64,000 nt of DNA, taken from NCBI GenBank assembly GCA_050015075.1, contig JBEKCB010000009.1, positions 1-64,000 of the forward strand. Reading direction: 5' to 3'. Position 1 is the first letter of the stretch. Each line of letters opens with the position of its first letter. Both the position numbers and the translations under genes were made by a program. Source of the stretch: Candidatus Brocadiia bacterium (GTDB taxonomy: Bacteria > Planctomycetota > Brocadiia > CAIUPP01). The notes beneath the pieces were generated by a model. The model had not been told where the DNA came from. It did no database searches and saw only the letters and a program-made list of their open reading frames with translations. Below, in pieces: positions 1 to 9,672 of this stretch.

Positions 1-1
1 C

Positions 2-973
2 GCTGCCGTCCGCGCGCCAGCCGAGCGCCTGGATCGTCACGCGCAGGTCTTTCTCGAACCGGACCGGGTCCATGATGTGCCAGCGGTACATGCCGAAGCG
101 CTGCTGCGAGGAGTAAAGCCCGTCGGGCCGGATCACCTGGTGCAGCCCGGCGTAGGGCGTGCAGAACTCCTGGTACTGCTTCGTCTCCTGGTTTTCGAAA
201 TCATAGGAGCCGCAGAAATAGTCCTCCGTGCCGGTGCCGCAGATCGTCGGGAACGCGCCGTCGCCGTCCATGAAGAACTTGATCTCGCCCTCGCCCCACC
301 AGCCGCAATTGTTGACGCCCCAGGCCATGGTCGTGCCGACGTAATGCCCGCGCCCGCGGACGCCGTCGAGAATCGTGTAGACCTGCTTATACGGCAGCGG
401 GTTCACGCGGCGGAATTGCGCGTGGAAGCAGGCGGCGTCCTCGGGGACCTCGGTCAGCGTGTAGTCCACCTGGTAGAAAAGCGTGGACTCTTCGAGGCCG
501 ATGTTCGTCAGCGTGATCCGGCAGTGTTTTCGGAACGGCATCTCCCAGTAGCAGTTGAACGCGCTCCCGGGATTGACGCAGACCGACAGGGAATTCAGCA
601 GCGCGATTTTCCTCCAGCCCTGGCCGAAGAAATCGCCGACCGGGCATTCGACGGAGGGCTGCTCCTGCCCGTCCCAGTAGATGCGCAGGATGTGGAACCG
701 CCAAGGCGGGCTGTCGGTCAGCCAGAGGTGTTGGATGGCGCCGGGGCCGGCGATGTCGGCCATGACGAACGTCTGGCCCGGCGCGATCTTCACAAAGGGC
801 GAGACCTTCCAGCCCCGGCCGAGTTCCCTGGCCGCGCGCGCCGCCGCGCCCTCTACGGACATGCCCGCCTTGCCCTTTTCGCCGGTGAAGTTTTCGGCGG
901 AAATCGAGCGCGTCCTCGCGCTGGAGAGAATCGCCAGGTTCCCGAGGTTCATGCCCAGTCCGTTGAATGCCAT
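2..973 (-). CDS. DUF2961 / glycoside hydrolase family 172-like protein (3' end outside window)
   Basis: Manual translation from ATG at 973: MAFNGLGMNLGNL..TRSISAENFTGEKG..GPGAIQHLW..LRIYWDG..PVGDFF..NCYWEMPF..WWGEGEIKF..GTGTEDYF..YRWHIMDPVRF. Absent from the ORF track because it runs off the edge. Confidence 0.85.
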   Translation of the reverse strand, partial: MAFNGLGMNLGNLAILSSARTRSISAENFTGEKGKAGMSVEGAAARAARELGRGWKVSPFVKIAPGQTFVMADIAGPGAIQHLWLTDSPPWRFHILRIYWDGQEQPSVECPVGDFFGQGWRKIALLNSLSVCVNPGSAFNCYWEMPFRKHCRITLTNIGLEESTLFYQVDYTLTEVPEDAACFHAQFRRVNPLPYKQVYTILDGVRGRGHYVGTTMAWGVNNCGWWGEGEIKFFMDGDGAFPTICGTGTEDYFCGSYDFENQETKQYQEFCTPYAGLHQVIRPDGLYSSQQRFGMYRWHIMDPVRFEKDLRVTIQALGWRADGS

Positions 974-1149
974 CGTGTCGCTTCCTTAATTACAGGAAAC
1001 GGGCGCCTGCTCGGCGGCATCATACGTTCTTTTCGCGCCATGGCGCAACCTGCGCCGAGCAGGCAGCGGCGGCGATTGAAGGACGCGGAAGGAAAGAGGT
1101 ACAATCGCCCTGTCGAGAGTTCGCCCGATTCCCCCAAAGGAGGTGCGCA

Positions 1150-1674
1150 GTGGATTTCTTCGATGCCGTCAAGGCGCGCTACAGCTATCGCGGACGCTAC
1201 AAGGCCCAGCCGGTGCCCGCCGAGCACCTGCGGAAGATCGTCCAGGCCGGCCTGGACGCCCCTTCCGGCTGCAACCTGCAGACGACGGAGTTCGTGATCG
1301 TCACGGACCCGGCGAGGATCCGGAAGCTGGCCGGGCTCGTCGGCCGGCAGAACATCTCCAGCGCGCCGGCGGTCATCGTGGCGATTTGCGATATCGAGGC
1401 GAATGCCGACGGGATGCGCTTCTGGGTCGAGGACTGCGCGGCGGCGACCGAGAACGTGCTGCTGGCGATCGCGGCGCTCGGCTATGCCTCGTGCTGGATT
1501 GACGGCGCGCTGCAGCGCGAGGGCCGCGCGGAGAAGGTCGCGGCGCTCCTCGGCGTGCCGCCGTCGCGGATCGTGCGGATCGTGCTGCCGGTCGGCGTCC
1601 CCGACGAGCCCGAGACGCGGCGGGCCAAGAAGCCCTTCGCCGAGCGCGCCTGGTCCAACGCGTACAAGGCGTAG
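1150..1674 (+). CDS. Nitroreductase family protein
   Basis: GTG start after AGGAGG; R-S-R-Y..APSGCNLQ..ENVLLA..LGYASCW motifs. Confidence 0.85.
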   Translation: MDFFDAVKARYSYRGRYKAQPVPAEHLRKIVQAGLDAPSGCNLQTTEFVIVTDPARIRKLAGLVGRQNISSAPAVIVAICDIEANADGMRFWVEDCAAATENVLLAIAALGYASCWIDGALQREGRAEKVAALLGVPPSRIVRIVLPVGVPDEPETRRAKKPFAERAWSNAYKA

Positions 1675-1680
1675 AGGCTT

Positions 1681-2619
1681 TTACGCCTCCGTCCGCGCTT
1701 TCCAGATCGTGTTCGTCGCGAGCGTCAGAAGGATGATGCCGGCGCCGATCATGGAGTTGCGCGGCGGAACGTCCGCGACGAAAAACCACGCCCAGAGCGG
1801 GCAAAGCATCGGCTCGATCAGGCACAGCAGCGAAGCCTCGACCGCCGTGATCCGCCTCAGCGCGCCCTGGAACAGGAAATAGGCCAGCCCGATCTGGAAC
1901 ACGCCCAGCCACAGGATCTGCGCGCCGCTCCGAAGCTCCGGCCAGACGAACCCTTGCGGGCTCCGGCACGCCATGCCGATGCCGATGGCCGCCAGGAGGA
2001 AGTTGCCCAGCGCGATGCCGCCCGCGGCGCCCGCGTCGCGCCATTTCCGCATGAGGAGCATGACCAGCGCGTAGCCGACTCCCGAGATCAGCGCCATGAC
2101 GTTGCCGAACGTCCCATGCCCGAATTGAAGCTCGGCCGAGAGGATCACGAAGATGCCGACGAGCAGCATGGGCAAACTCAGCAAGTCCGCCGCCTTCGGC
2201 TTCTCGCGCAGCAGCCACGGCGAGAGGAACAGGATGTAAACCGGCGCGGTGTACTGGAGTAAGATGGCGTTGGCGGTGGTGGTGAAGGTCTGCGCGAGGA
2301 CATACGTGAGCAGCGTGCCGGCGTAAAAGATCGCGAGGAGGACCTGCCGCCGGTCCGGCAGCCATGAGCGGGGCCCCGGCGCGACGGAAGTTCCCGCTTC
2401 CGCCGGCCGCCGCGGCCAGATGCGCCCCAGCGCCAGGAGCGTGATCCCCGCGAACAGCGAGCGCGCGCCCGCCACCTGCCAGCCCGACCATCCCGCGCCG
2501 GATTCACCCGTGAGCGTTTTGATGAAGAGGCCGGAGGTGGACCACAGGACCGCCGTGGCGACGCAGAGTCCGCGACCCGCCCAGCGGCGGGCATGTTCGA
2601 GGTTCGGCGCGCTGCTCAT
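1681..2619 (-). CDS. DMT/EamA family transporter
   Basis: About 10 TM segments; LWSTSGLFIK, ANAILLQYTAP, EASLLCLIEP. Confidence 0.85.
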   Translation of the reverse strand: MSSAPNLEHARRWAGRGLCVATAVLWSTSGLFIKTLTGESGAGWSGWQVAGARSLFAGITLLALGRIWPRRPAEAGTSVAPGPRSWLPDRRQVLLAIFYAGTLLTYVLAQTFTTTANAILLQYTAPVYILFLSPWLLREKPKAADLLSLPMLLVGIFVILSAELQFGHGTFGNVMALISGVGYALVMLLMRKWRDAGAAGGIALGNFLLAAIGIGMACRSPQGFVWPELRSGAQILWLGVFQIGLAYFLFQGALRRITAVEASLLCLIEPMLCPLWAWFFVADVPPRNSMIGAGIILLTLATNTIWKARTEA

Positions 2620-2841
2620 TCTTTTATCTCGCCCTTGTTTCGACGGTGGCCGCGCACTATACTACCGTTCCCGGATGATTCTGCAAAGCCACCGGGCGGA
2701 CTGGGCAGTTTTCCCTGTCATGTAGGAATTTCCGGCGCTGTGGGTTTTCAGGTAGGAACTCGCGACAACTAGGCCGGGAAATGGCAAGGCCGCAACGTTG
2801 TATCTCGCCGTATGGCAGCAGCTTACGTCAATGCTGCGATG

Positions 2842-2857
2842 CGGCATGACGCTTGCT
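2842..2857 (+). promoter_or_regulatory. sigma54 (-24/-12) promoter candidate
   Basis: CGGCATGACGCTTGCT (GG-N10-GC) about 90 nt upstream of the 2948 ATG. Confidence 0.6.
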
Positions 2858-2947
2858 TAGACTTTTTTACGCTGAGTCGGCGCAAGGGTTACGGAATATC
2901 CTCGCCTTCCAGGCATTAACCCGATTGATGAGAGAGGATCTGGCCTG

Positions 2948-4126
2948 ATGGGCAACGTGGTCATTCAACGCGAGGCCGCACGGATTCATACGCGCTCGGT
3001 CGTGGAGGACCTCGCCCATGTGACGGCCTCGGTCGCCGGACCGTCCGGCGACGCCGCGCGGGCGTCCGAGGAGATTTACACGCGTATCTCCGACATCCTG
3101 GCGCGCCGCAGGATGCAGGTCACCCATGAACGCATTTTCGGCAGCCTCAAGCTGCGCGAGCCGATCCTGGAGGCGCGCCGCCGCGCGCTCGAGCGGAGCG
3201 GCCAGGGCGCAGACTGGCCGACCACGTTCATCGAGGGCCGGCCGCCCTGGGGCGACGGGCTGGCGGGCGTGCAGATTCAGGCCGTCCGGCCGAAGCAGGC
3301 CGGAGGAGTCCGCACGATCACCGACGACGGCGTAGCGCGCGGACGCAGATGGCAGCGCAACGGCGCGACGTACCTGATGCTGCAGGACCTGCACGGCGCG
3401 GCGCCCGGCTCCGGCCGCGAGTCGCAGACCACGGCGATGTTCGAACTCGCCAACCGGATCCTCGAACTCGAGGGCGCCACGTATCGCGACGTGGCGCGGA
3501 CGTGGATTTACCTGCCGAATATCCTGCAGTGGTATGACGGCTTCAACGCCGCGCGCAGCGTCAAGTACCGCGAGTTCGGACTGCTCCCGGTCCGGCCCGC
3601 CGAAGACGGCGGCGGCCGAAGGCTGCCTCCGGCGAGCACGGGAATCTCCGGCGGCAACCCGCACGGCGCCGGCCCGGTGATGGACCTGCTGGCGGTGATC
3701 GGCAATCCGGAGTGCCCGGTGAAGGTGGACCAGATGACCAACGCGCGGCAGAAGGACGCCTTCGAATACGGCTCGGCGTTCTCGCGCGGCGTGTGGATCC
3801 GCGAGCCCGACATGACGCAGGTCCAGGTCTCCGGGACCGCCGCGATTGACGAACGGGGCAAGAGCCTCTTCCCGAACGACTGCCGCGCGCAGATCTTCCG
3901 CACGTTCGACACCATCGAGGCGCTGATCGCGCCCGCGGGCGCGTCGCTCAAGGACATCTGCCAGGCGACCGTGTTCCTCAAGCGCCCGCAGGACCTGCCG
4001 GTTTACCGGCAGGCGGCCGCCGAGCGCGGGCTCGCGGACCTGCCGGCGGTGTGCATGGTGGCGGACGTCTGCCGCGACGACCTGCTCTTCGAGGTGGACG
4101 CCACGGTCGAGTTCGCGCGGCGCTAG
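2948..4126 (+). CDS. Two-domain RidA/YjgF (endoribonuclease L-PSP) family protein
   Basis: RTWIYL, PASTGI, YGSAFSRG, VSGTAAIDE, ADVCRDDLLFEVDA. Confidence 0.75.
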   Translation: MGNVVIQREAARIHTRSVVEDLAHVTASVAGPSGDAARASEEIYTRISDILARRRMQVTHERIFGSLKLREPILEARRRALERSGQGADWPTTFIEGRPPWGDGLAGVQIQAVRPKQAGGVRTITDDGVARGRRWQRNGATYLMLQDLHGAAPGSGRESQTTAMFELANRILELEGATYRDVARTWIYLPNILQWYDGFNAARSVKYREFGLLPVRPAEDGGGRRLPPASTGISGGNPHGAGPVMDLLAVIGNPECPVKVDQMTNARQKDAFEYGSAFSRGVWIREPDMTQVQVSGTAAIDERGKSLFPNDCRAQIFRTFDTIEALIAPAGASLKDICQATVFLKRPQDLPVYRQAAAERGLADLPAVCMVADVCRDDLLFEVDATVEFARR

Positions 4127-4169
4127 TGCTTCCTTGCGGAAATAGGCGTCCTGTTTACGCAACTAAACA

Positions 4170-6065
4170 TTAGCCGGCTTTTCCCGACGCAGCGCTGTTC
4201 CCCTGCTTCGAGTACCGGCCGAAGAAGTCCAACGTCAGCTTCAGGTACTCCTCGCCGTGATAATCATGCCCGTTGATCGGGAAGATGTGCAACTCAACCG
4301 TCTCGCCGAGTTCTTTCATCCGGGCCTCGACCCTCTTGGCGCCTGCGGGCGGCACGACCTCGTCGGTTCCGCCTTGCAGGATGAGCGTCGGCACGGTCTT
4401 GAGCTGCTCCGCCAATTGCGGCCTGCCGGTCCCTGAGACGCAGCAGATGGCCGCAAACAGTTCGGGATGGGTCGTCGCCATGGTGTACGTTCCGAAACCG
4501 CCCATGGACAGACCGGTGCAATAAATCCTCGCCGGGTCAATTTTCGGATATTCCTTCCGCATCAGTTCAATCAGTTGGACCATGTCGGCCACGAAGCTGG
4601 GGCTGTTGCTGGCGTACCTGGGGCTGGCCATCAGGTAGCCGCGGCTGTCCAGCATTTTCAGCAGTTTGCCGTCGTCGAGGGTCGGGAAATAGTTCTCGTC
4701 CTGGCCGCCGCCGTGCAGCATCAGAATGAACGGCACCTTGTCCGCCTTCTCGTAGCCCGACGGAACCTCGACGCGGTAGATCCGCAACTCGCCCGAGGCC
4801 GCCGACCGGTAGGCCCGCCGCAAGTCGCCCACGCGGCCCGCATACGGATCCTGGCCGGCTTTGAGCCGACGCATCGTCTCCTCGCCCTGGGCCAGGGCGC
4901 GGCGCATGTCGTCCACCAGCGGCGCGGGATTCGGGACGCCCTCCTGAGCGGCCAGGCCCTGCTTGTAGACATCCACGGGTGCGACCGAAGCCTTCGTGAG
5001 CAGCTCGCCCTTGGCCTTGAGATATTCCATAAGGTGCTGGAAGTCGGCGCTGCAGCGCACGTCATCGGCCTTCGGCGATTTCGCCAGCTCGGTCGCAAAC
5101 GCCTCAAGCGCCTGCATCTTCTGATCCAGCGATCCGAGGAACTGTCCGGCCAGGACCACCGGCACGACGATCCGGCACTGCGGCCATTGGCCGGTCGCCA
5201 CCACGGCGTATTTGCCGTCGTCGAGCTTCGGCGGCAACTCGAATTTCATCAGGACTGCGCCGTTCTCGCCCGCGTCCGCGCCTGCGGCTTTCAGCGGCGC
5301 GGCCGAGTCGGCCGTTTTGCCGATCGCCAGCGTGACGCGCGGTTCCTTCGAGAAGCTTCGCGCCGCCACCCGCAAGACTGGGTTGGCTTGCTGGTTGACG
5401 GTCGTTCCGCTCTGAAGGCCGACATAGCCGTCCGACGTGATGGCGAGGGCGGTCAGCGCCAACTCCGCGGCGGTGATTTTGAAGCCTTCGGGGGCGATGA
5501 AAAACCCGTCCGTCACCACGTCATTGTCGTCGCCGAGGCCGGTGAGCTTGATCGTGCACTTGCCGGCCTTGACCGAACCCATCTTGGCCGCCGCGAGCTG
5601 CCACTCCGAGGGCTTGTAGCCCCAGCCGCCGGTGTTGGGAAATTCGGCTTCGCCCTTGAGGGCTTCGCCGCCGCTGGTGATCTCTACGCCGATGTGGGCC
5701 GGCACCATGGTCTGCCGCCAGTGCAGCCGGGCGTAGCGAAAGATGATCTGCGCCCCGTCAATCGCGTGCGGAAGCTCAAGTTCATAGCTCACCGCGTTGC
5801 CTTTTTTCGACAGGGTGGCGCCGCCCATCAGGTACGCTCCGCCCGACGCCGCGTCGCGCTGGGCGGTGGGCGGGCCGATGCTGTCCGGAGCCTGGACTCC
5901 GATCTCCGCTTCATGCCAGAAAACGGTTTGCGCCGTCGGCGGTTCCGCCGCGCGGGCAATCCCGGCGAGCGACATCAGGATTACGGCTCCATCCACGGCG
6001 ACCATGCCGGCGAGAGAGAAATGACCGATCATTGTGACCTTTCCAAGAAAAGGAGGGCCGGACAT
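4170..6065 (-). CDS. Exported alpha/beta-hydrolase (esterase) with N-terminal CBM6/35-like domain
   Basis: Hydrophobic N-terminus; EAE..YAR..FPNTGGW; LHGGG, GLSMGG nucleophile, GTDEVV, GH. Start uncertain. Confidence 0.7.
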   Translation of the reverse strand: MSGPPFLGKVTMIGHFSLAGMVAVDGAVILMSLAGIARAAEPPTAQTVFWHEAEIGVQAPDSIGPPTAQRDAASGGAYLMGGATLSKKGNAVSYELELPHAIDGAQIIFRYARLHWRQTMVPAHIGVEITSGGEALKGEAEFPNTGGWGYKPSEWQLAAAKMGSVKAGKCTIKLTGLGDDNDVVTDGFFIAPEGFKITAAELALTALAITSDGYVGLQSGTTVNQQANPVLRVAARSFSKEPRVTLAIGKTADSAAPLKAAGADAGENGAVLMKFELPPKLDDGKYAVVATGQWPQCRIVVPVVLAGQFLGSLDQKMQALEAFATELAKSPKADDVRCSADFQHLMEYLKAKGELLTKASVAPVDVYKQGLAAQEGVPNPAPLVDDMRRALAQGEETMRRLKAGQDPYAGRVGDLRRAYRSAASGELRIYRVEVPSGYEKADKVPFILMLHGGGQDENYFPTLDDGKLLKMLDSRGYLMASPRYASNSPSFVADMVQLIELMRKEYPKIDPARIYCTGLSMGGFGTYTMATTHPELFAAICCVSGTGRPQLAEQLKTVPTLILQGGTDEVVPPAGAKRVEARMKELGETVELHIFPINGHDYHGEEYLKLTLDFFGRYSKQGNSAASGKAG

Positions 6066-6110
6066 GTCGCCCGGCCCTCTTCGACCTGCCTGTATCCGTT
6101 CCGGATGAGC

Positions 6111-7328
6111 TCAGCTCATGGTTGAGATCTGACCCTGCAACTGGATCAACGCCTGCGCCCACATCTGGAAGAACGCGATGACGATGAACCCGACGATCAA
6201 GGCCAGCAGGATGATGATCACCGGCTGGACGACCTTGGCGAGCATCTGGGCCTCGTCCTGGAGCTTGTGTTCGTAGTAATCGCCCAGTTTCGAGAAGACG
6301 CGGTCGAGCGCGCCGGCCTCTTCGCCGGCCGCGCAGAGGTCGTACGCCAGCACGGGGAAAATTCCGCTGCTCTCGAGCGTCGGCGTGATGCGCTGGCCGC
6401 GGCGGACGGCTTCCTGCACGCGCGTGATGGTCAGGCGCCCGACCTCGTTCCGGCAGGTGTCATGCGCGGCCTGGAGCGATTCCTGGATCGGCAGCCCGGC
6501 GTGGAGCATCGTGGAGAAGACGCGGCCGAAGTTCGCCAGCAGGTCCTCCTTGACGAAGTGATTGATGCCGGGACAACGCAGCAGAAAACGGTCGCGCAGC
6601 AGGCGGAACACCAGGAACCGCGTCGCGATCGCGTAGAGGATCGGCACGCCGACGATCACAATGAGGACGCCGATCCAGAATTCCGGGGTGCGCAGCACGG
6701 CGCCGACCTTGAGCAGCGTGGACATCATCCACGGAATCTTGATGTCCATCTGCGTGAAGAAGTCGAATCCCTTGGAGAGCACGCCGAAAACGACCCCGAC
6801 GACGACCAGGGCCACGATCACCACGATGAACGGATAGATGAACATGGTGATGAGCTTGCGGCGCGAAGCGAGGACGCGCTCGCCGCTGTCGGCGATGCGG
6901 GCGAGCATGTCGCCCAGCTTGCCGGTTTTCTCGCCGGCGCGCACCATGGCGATAAACTGGCCGGGCAGGAACGGCGCATTCAGGCTGGCCGCATCGGAGA
7001 AGCTGCGCCCTTCCTCGACGGTCTTGGCCATTTCGGCGGCGGAGCGGGCCAGGGTGCGGTTCTCCAGCCGGCTGGCCAGGATGTTCAGGGCCTTGACCAG
7101 CGGCAGACCGCACTCCAGCAGGAGCGACAGCGCACTGCAGAACGAGAAAATCTCATGCGGCTTGACGCCGCCGAAGAGCCTGCCGCGCCGCCAATACGCG
7201 ACGGCCGGCGGATTCGGACTTGCGCCGCCTCCTTCCTGCGCTTTCTTCTGAAGCTCACGGGCGACGGCTTTCCCCACGTCGCCTTGCGCGCCTTCGGCTT
7301 GTCCCACGCCTTCGTCCTTCTTTGCCAT
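6111..7328 (-). CDS. Type II secretion F / PilC family inner-membrane platform protein
   Basis: Two T2SSF repeats (AGEKTGKL, AGEEAGAL), YP motif and TM segments. Confidence 0.9.
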   Translation of the reverse strand: MAKKDEGVGQAEGAQGDVGKAVARELQKKAQEGGGASPNPPAVAYWRRGRLFGGVKPHEIFSFCSALSLLLECGLPLVKALNILASRLENRTLARSAAEMAKTVEEGRSFSDAASLNAPFLPGQFIAMVRAGEKTGKLGDMLARIADSGERVLASRRKLITMFIYPFIVVIVALVVVGVVFGVLSKGFDFFTQMDIKIPWMMSTLLKVGAVLRTPEFWIGVLIVIVGVPILYAIATRFLVFRLLRDRFLLRCPGINHFVKEDLLANFGRVFSTMLHAGLPIQESLQAAHDTCRNEVGRLTITRVQEAVRRGQRITPTLESSGIFPVLAYDLCAAGEEAGALDRVFSKLGDYYEHKLQDEAQMLAKVVQPVIIILLALIVGFIVIAFFQMWAQALIQLQGQISTMS

Positions 7329-7371
7329 ACCTTTTCTCCTGCTCGGTTACCTGGCCTTCGCATGCAATCCG

Positions 7372-9636
7372 TCAGAGCGTCGTGACGCGCAGCAGCTCCT
7401 CGAGCGTGACTGCGCCCTCTTGCACCTTCTTGACGCCGGCTTGCATCAGATTCATCATCCCTTTTTCCCGGGCCGCCTTCACGATCTCGTCGTGGCCCGC
7501 GCCGGCGAGGACCATGCTCTTGATCGTGTCGTCCATCGAGAGGATCTCGAAAATGCCGGTGCGCCCGCGGTAGCCGGTGCGATAGCACTCCTTGCAGCCG
7601 ACGGCCTTGTAGAAGATCATGCGGCGGACTTCCTGCGGGTCGAGGCCGGCGGCGCGCAGGAGCGATTCGTCGGGCGTGTACGGCTCGCGGCAGCGCGGGC
7701 AGACCTTGCGGACCAGGCGCTGCGCCGCGACGGTGTGGACGGCGCTGGTGACCAGGTACGCGGGAATCCCCAGGTGGCGGAGCGCGCCGATGGCGCCGAC
7801 CGCGTCGTTGGCGTGCAGCGTGCTGAAGACCATGTGGCCGGTCATCGCCGCGCGGACGGCGACCGCGGCGGTGTCCTCGTCGCGGATCTCGCCGACCATC
7901 ATCACGTTCGCGTCCTGCCGCAGGACCGCGCGGAGCATGTTGGCGAAGGTCCGGTCCACGCGGTGGTCAATTTCCACCTGGTTGATGCCGGGCAGGCGGT
8001 ACTCGACGGGGTCCTCGATCGTCACCACGTTGCGCGTGAAGATGTCAATTTCGCTCAGGGCGGCGTAAAGCGTGCTGGTCTTTCCGGCGGCGATCGGGCC
8101 GGTGACGAGGATCATGCCGTACGGCCGGGCGACGGCGGCTTCCACGATCCGCAACTGCTCCGGCTCGAGGCCCAGTTCGCCCAGTCCGAGGAAGACCTCG
8201 TCGGCGCTGAGCATGCGCAGGACCATCTTCTCGCCCAGGACGGTCGGCAGGGTCGCGGCGCGCATGTCGTAGGTCTTCTCGCCGACTTCGATGCTGCAAT
8301 GGCCGTCCTGCGGGTGGCGCCGCTCGGTGACATCCATGTTGGAGAGGACCTTGACGCGCGCGATGATCTCCTCCTCCATCTTCTCCGGCAGGGTCATCAC
8401 GTCGTAGAGCATGCCGTCAATGCGGTAGCGCACGCGCAGCCCGTAGGTCTGCGGTTCGAGGTGGATGTCGGTCGCCCGGGAATTGATCGCGCCTTCGATA
8501 ATCGAGGTCACCAGGTCAATGACGCCCATCTTCGAGGCCATCGTGGCCATTTCCTGCATGCTGCCGGCGGCACCGCGAAGGCGCTCCTTCAGGCGGACCA
8601 GCGGACTGCCGGTGGAGGCGCCGGCGGGCGCTGCGGCGGCGGGCGCCTGGGCCTGGACGCGGGTGTGCTCGCGCTTGAGCACCTCGAGCAGGTCCTTGTC
8701 GAACGCCAGCACCGGGACGACTTCCTTGCTGAGCATCATCCGGAACATGTCGCGGGCGGAGGTGTCGTTCGGGTTGGCCATGGCCACGGTCACGCGGTCG
8801 CCCGCGACGGCGATGGGGAGCATCCGGTTCTCTTCGCACAGGTGCTCCGGCAGCAGCGCCACGGCGGCCGGGTCAATCTGGGTCTGGGTCAGGTCCACGT
8901 AGGGAACTCCGTACTCCTTGGCCAGCGCGACGCCGAGCTGCGTCCGGGTGACGACGTAGGAGTCAATCAGGATCTGCGTCACGTCGCGCCCGGTGGCTTT
9001 CCGTTCGGCCACGGCCTTGCGGCATTGCTCTTCAGTGACGAGGCCGGTCTTCACGAGCATCTCGGTGAGGGCGGCGTCGTCCGCGGTCGAGGAGGGCTTG
9101 AGCGAGCCGTACTTGCGGGCATCGGCGATCTGTTTCGGGTCGAGCAGGCCGCTGTTGACCAGGATGCGCCAGACGGAGGCGCCCGAGCGCCCATGCCGGG
9201 CGAGCGCGTCGGCGAGCTGTTCTTCGGTCAGCGCGCCGCTTTCCACCAGCGCGCGGCCGACGGCCGGATCGTACTGGCCGGCGTCATCGCCGGTCGCGGA
9301 CATCTCGTCGGAGGTCATCCAGCCGCCTTCGACGAGGATGTCTTTCATCTTCCGGGCGTCCGGCGAGGCCGGCTGGCCGGGCTTCTCATCCGCCGGTTTT
9401 TCGAGGAAGGCCCAGATCCGCTTGAACATGTCGCGGTCCACGTCCTGGCGAAGGATGTCCGTCAGGCTGCGGCCGGTGGTCTTCTTTTTCTCGATGGCGT
9501 CCTGGAGCTGGCGGCGCGTTTCGTCCTGCGCCTTGCCCAGGACCTCTTCGAGCATCTTGGATGGCTTCGCGGCGGGCCCGCGCGGACCGGACTTGCCGCG
9601 GGAATTTCGATCGTCGCCTTCCATCGTCCCGGCCAT
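7372..9636 (-). CDS. GspE/PilB family secretion ATPase with extended N-terminus
   Basis: ATDIHLEP, RYRIDG, PQDG, Walker A GPIAAGKT, TIEDPVE, LRQDANVMMVGEIRD, STLHAND, CPRC..CKEC. Confidence 0.92.
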   Translation of the reverse strand: MAGTMEGDDRNSRGKSGPRGPAAKPSKMLEEVLGKAQDETRRQLQDAIEKKKTTGRSLTDILRQDVDRDMFKRIWAFLEKPADEKPGQPASPDARKMKDILVEGGWMTSDEMSATGDDAGQYDPAVGRALVESGALTEEQLADALARHGRSGASVWRILVNSGLLDPKQIADARKYGSLKPSSTADDAALTEMLVKTGLVTEEQCRKAVAERKATGRDVTQILIDSYVVTRTQLGVALAKEYGVPYVDLTQTQIDPAAVALLPEHLCEENRMLPIAVAGDRVTVAMANPNDTSARDMFRMMLSKEVVPVLAFDKDLLEVLKREHTRVQAQAPAAAAPAGASTGSPLVRLKERLRGAAGSMQEMATMASKMGVIDLVTSIIEGAINSRATDIHLEPQTYGLRVRYRIDGMLYDVMTLPEKMEEEIIARVKVLSNMDVTERRHPQDGHCSIEVGEKTYDMRAATLPTVLGEKMVLRMLSADEVFLGLGELGLEPEQLRIVEAAVARPYGMILVTGPIAAGKTSTLYAALSEIDIFTRNVVTIEDPVEYRLPGINQVEIDHRVDRTFANMLRAVLRQDANVMMVGEIRDEDTAAVAVRAAMTGHMVFSTLHANDAVGAIGALRHLGIPAYLVTSAVHTVAAQRLVRKVCPRCREPYTPDESLLRAAGLDPQEVRRMIFYKAVGCKECYRTGYRGRTGIFEILSMDDTIKSMVLAGAGHDEIVKAAREKGMMNLMQAGVKKVQEGAVTLEELLRVTTL

Positions 9637-9672
9637 TCGTCTCTTCCGTGCTGGGATCCGTGTGAACGCGGA

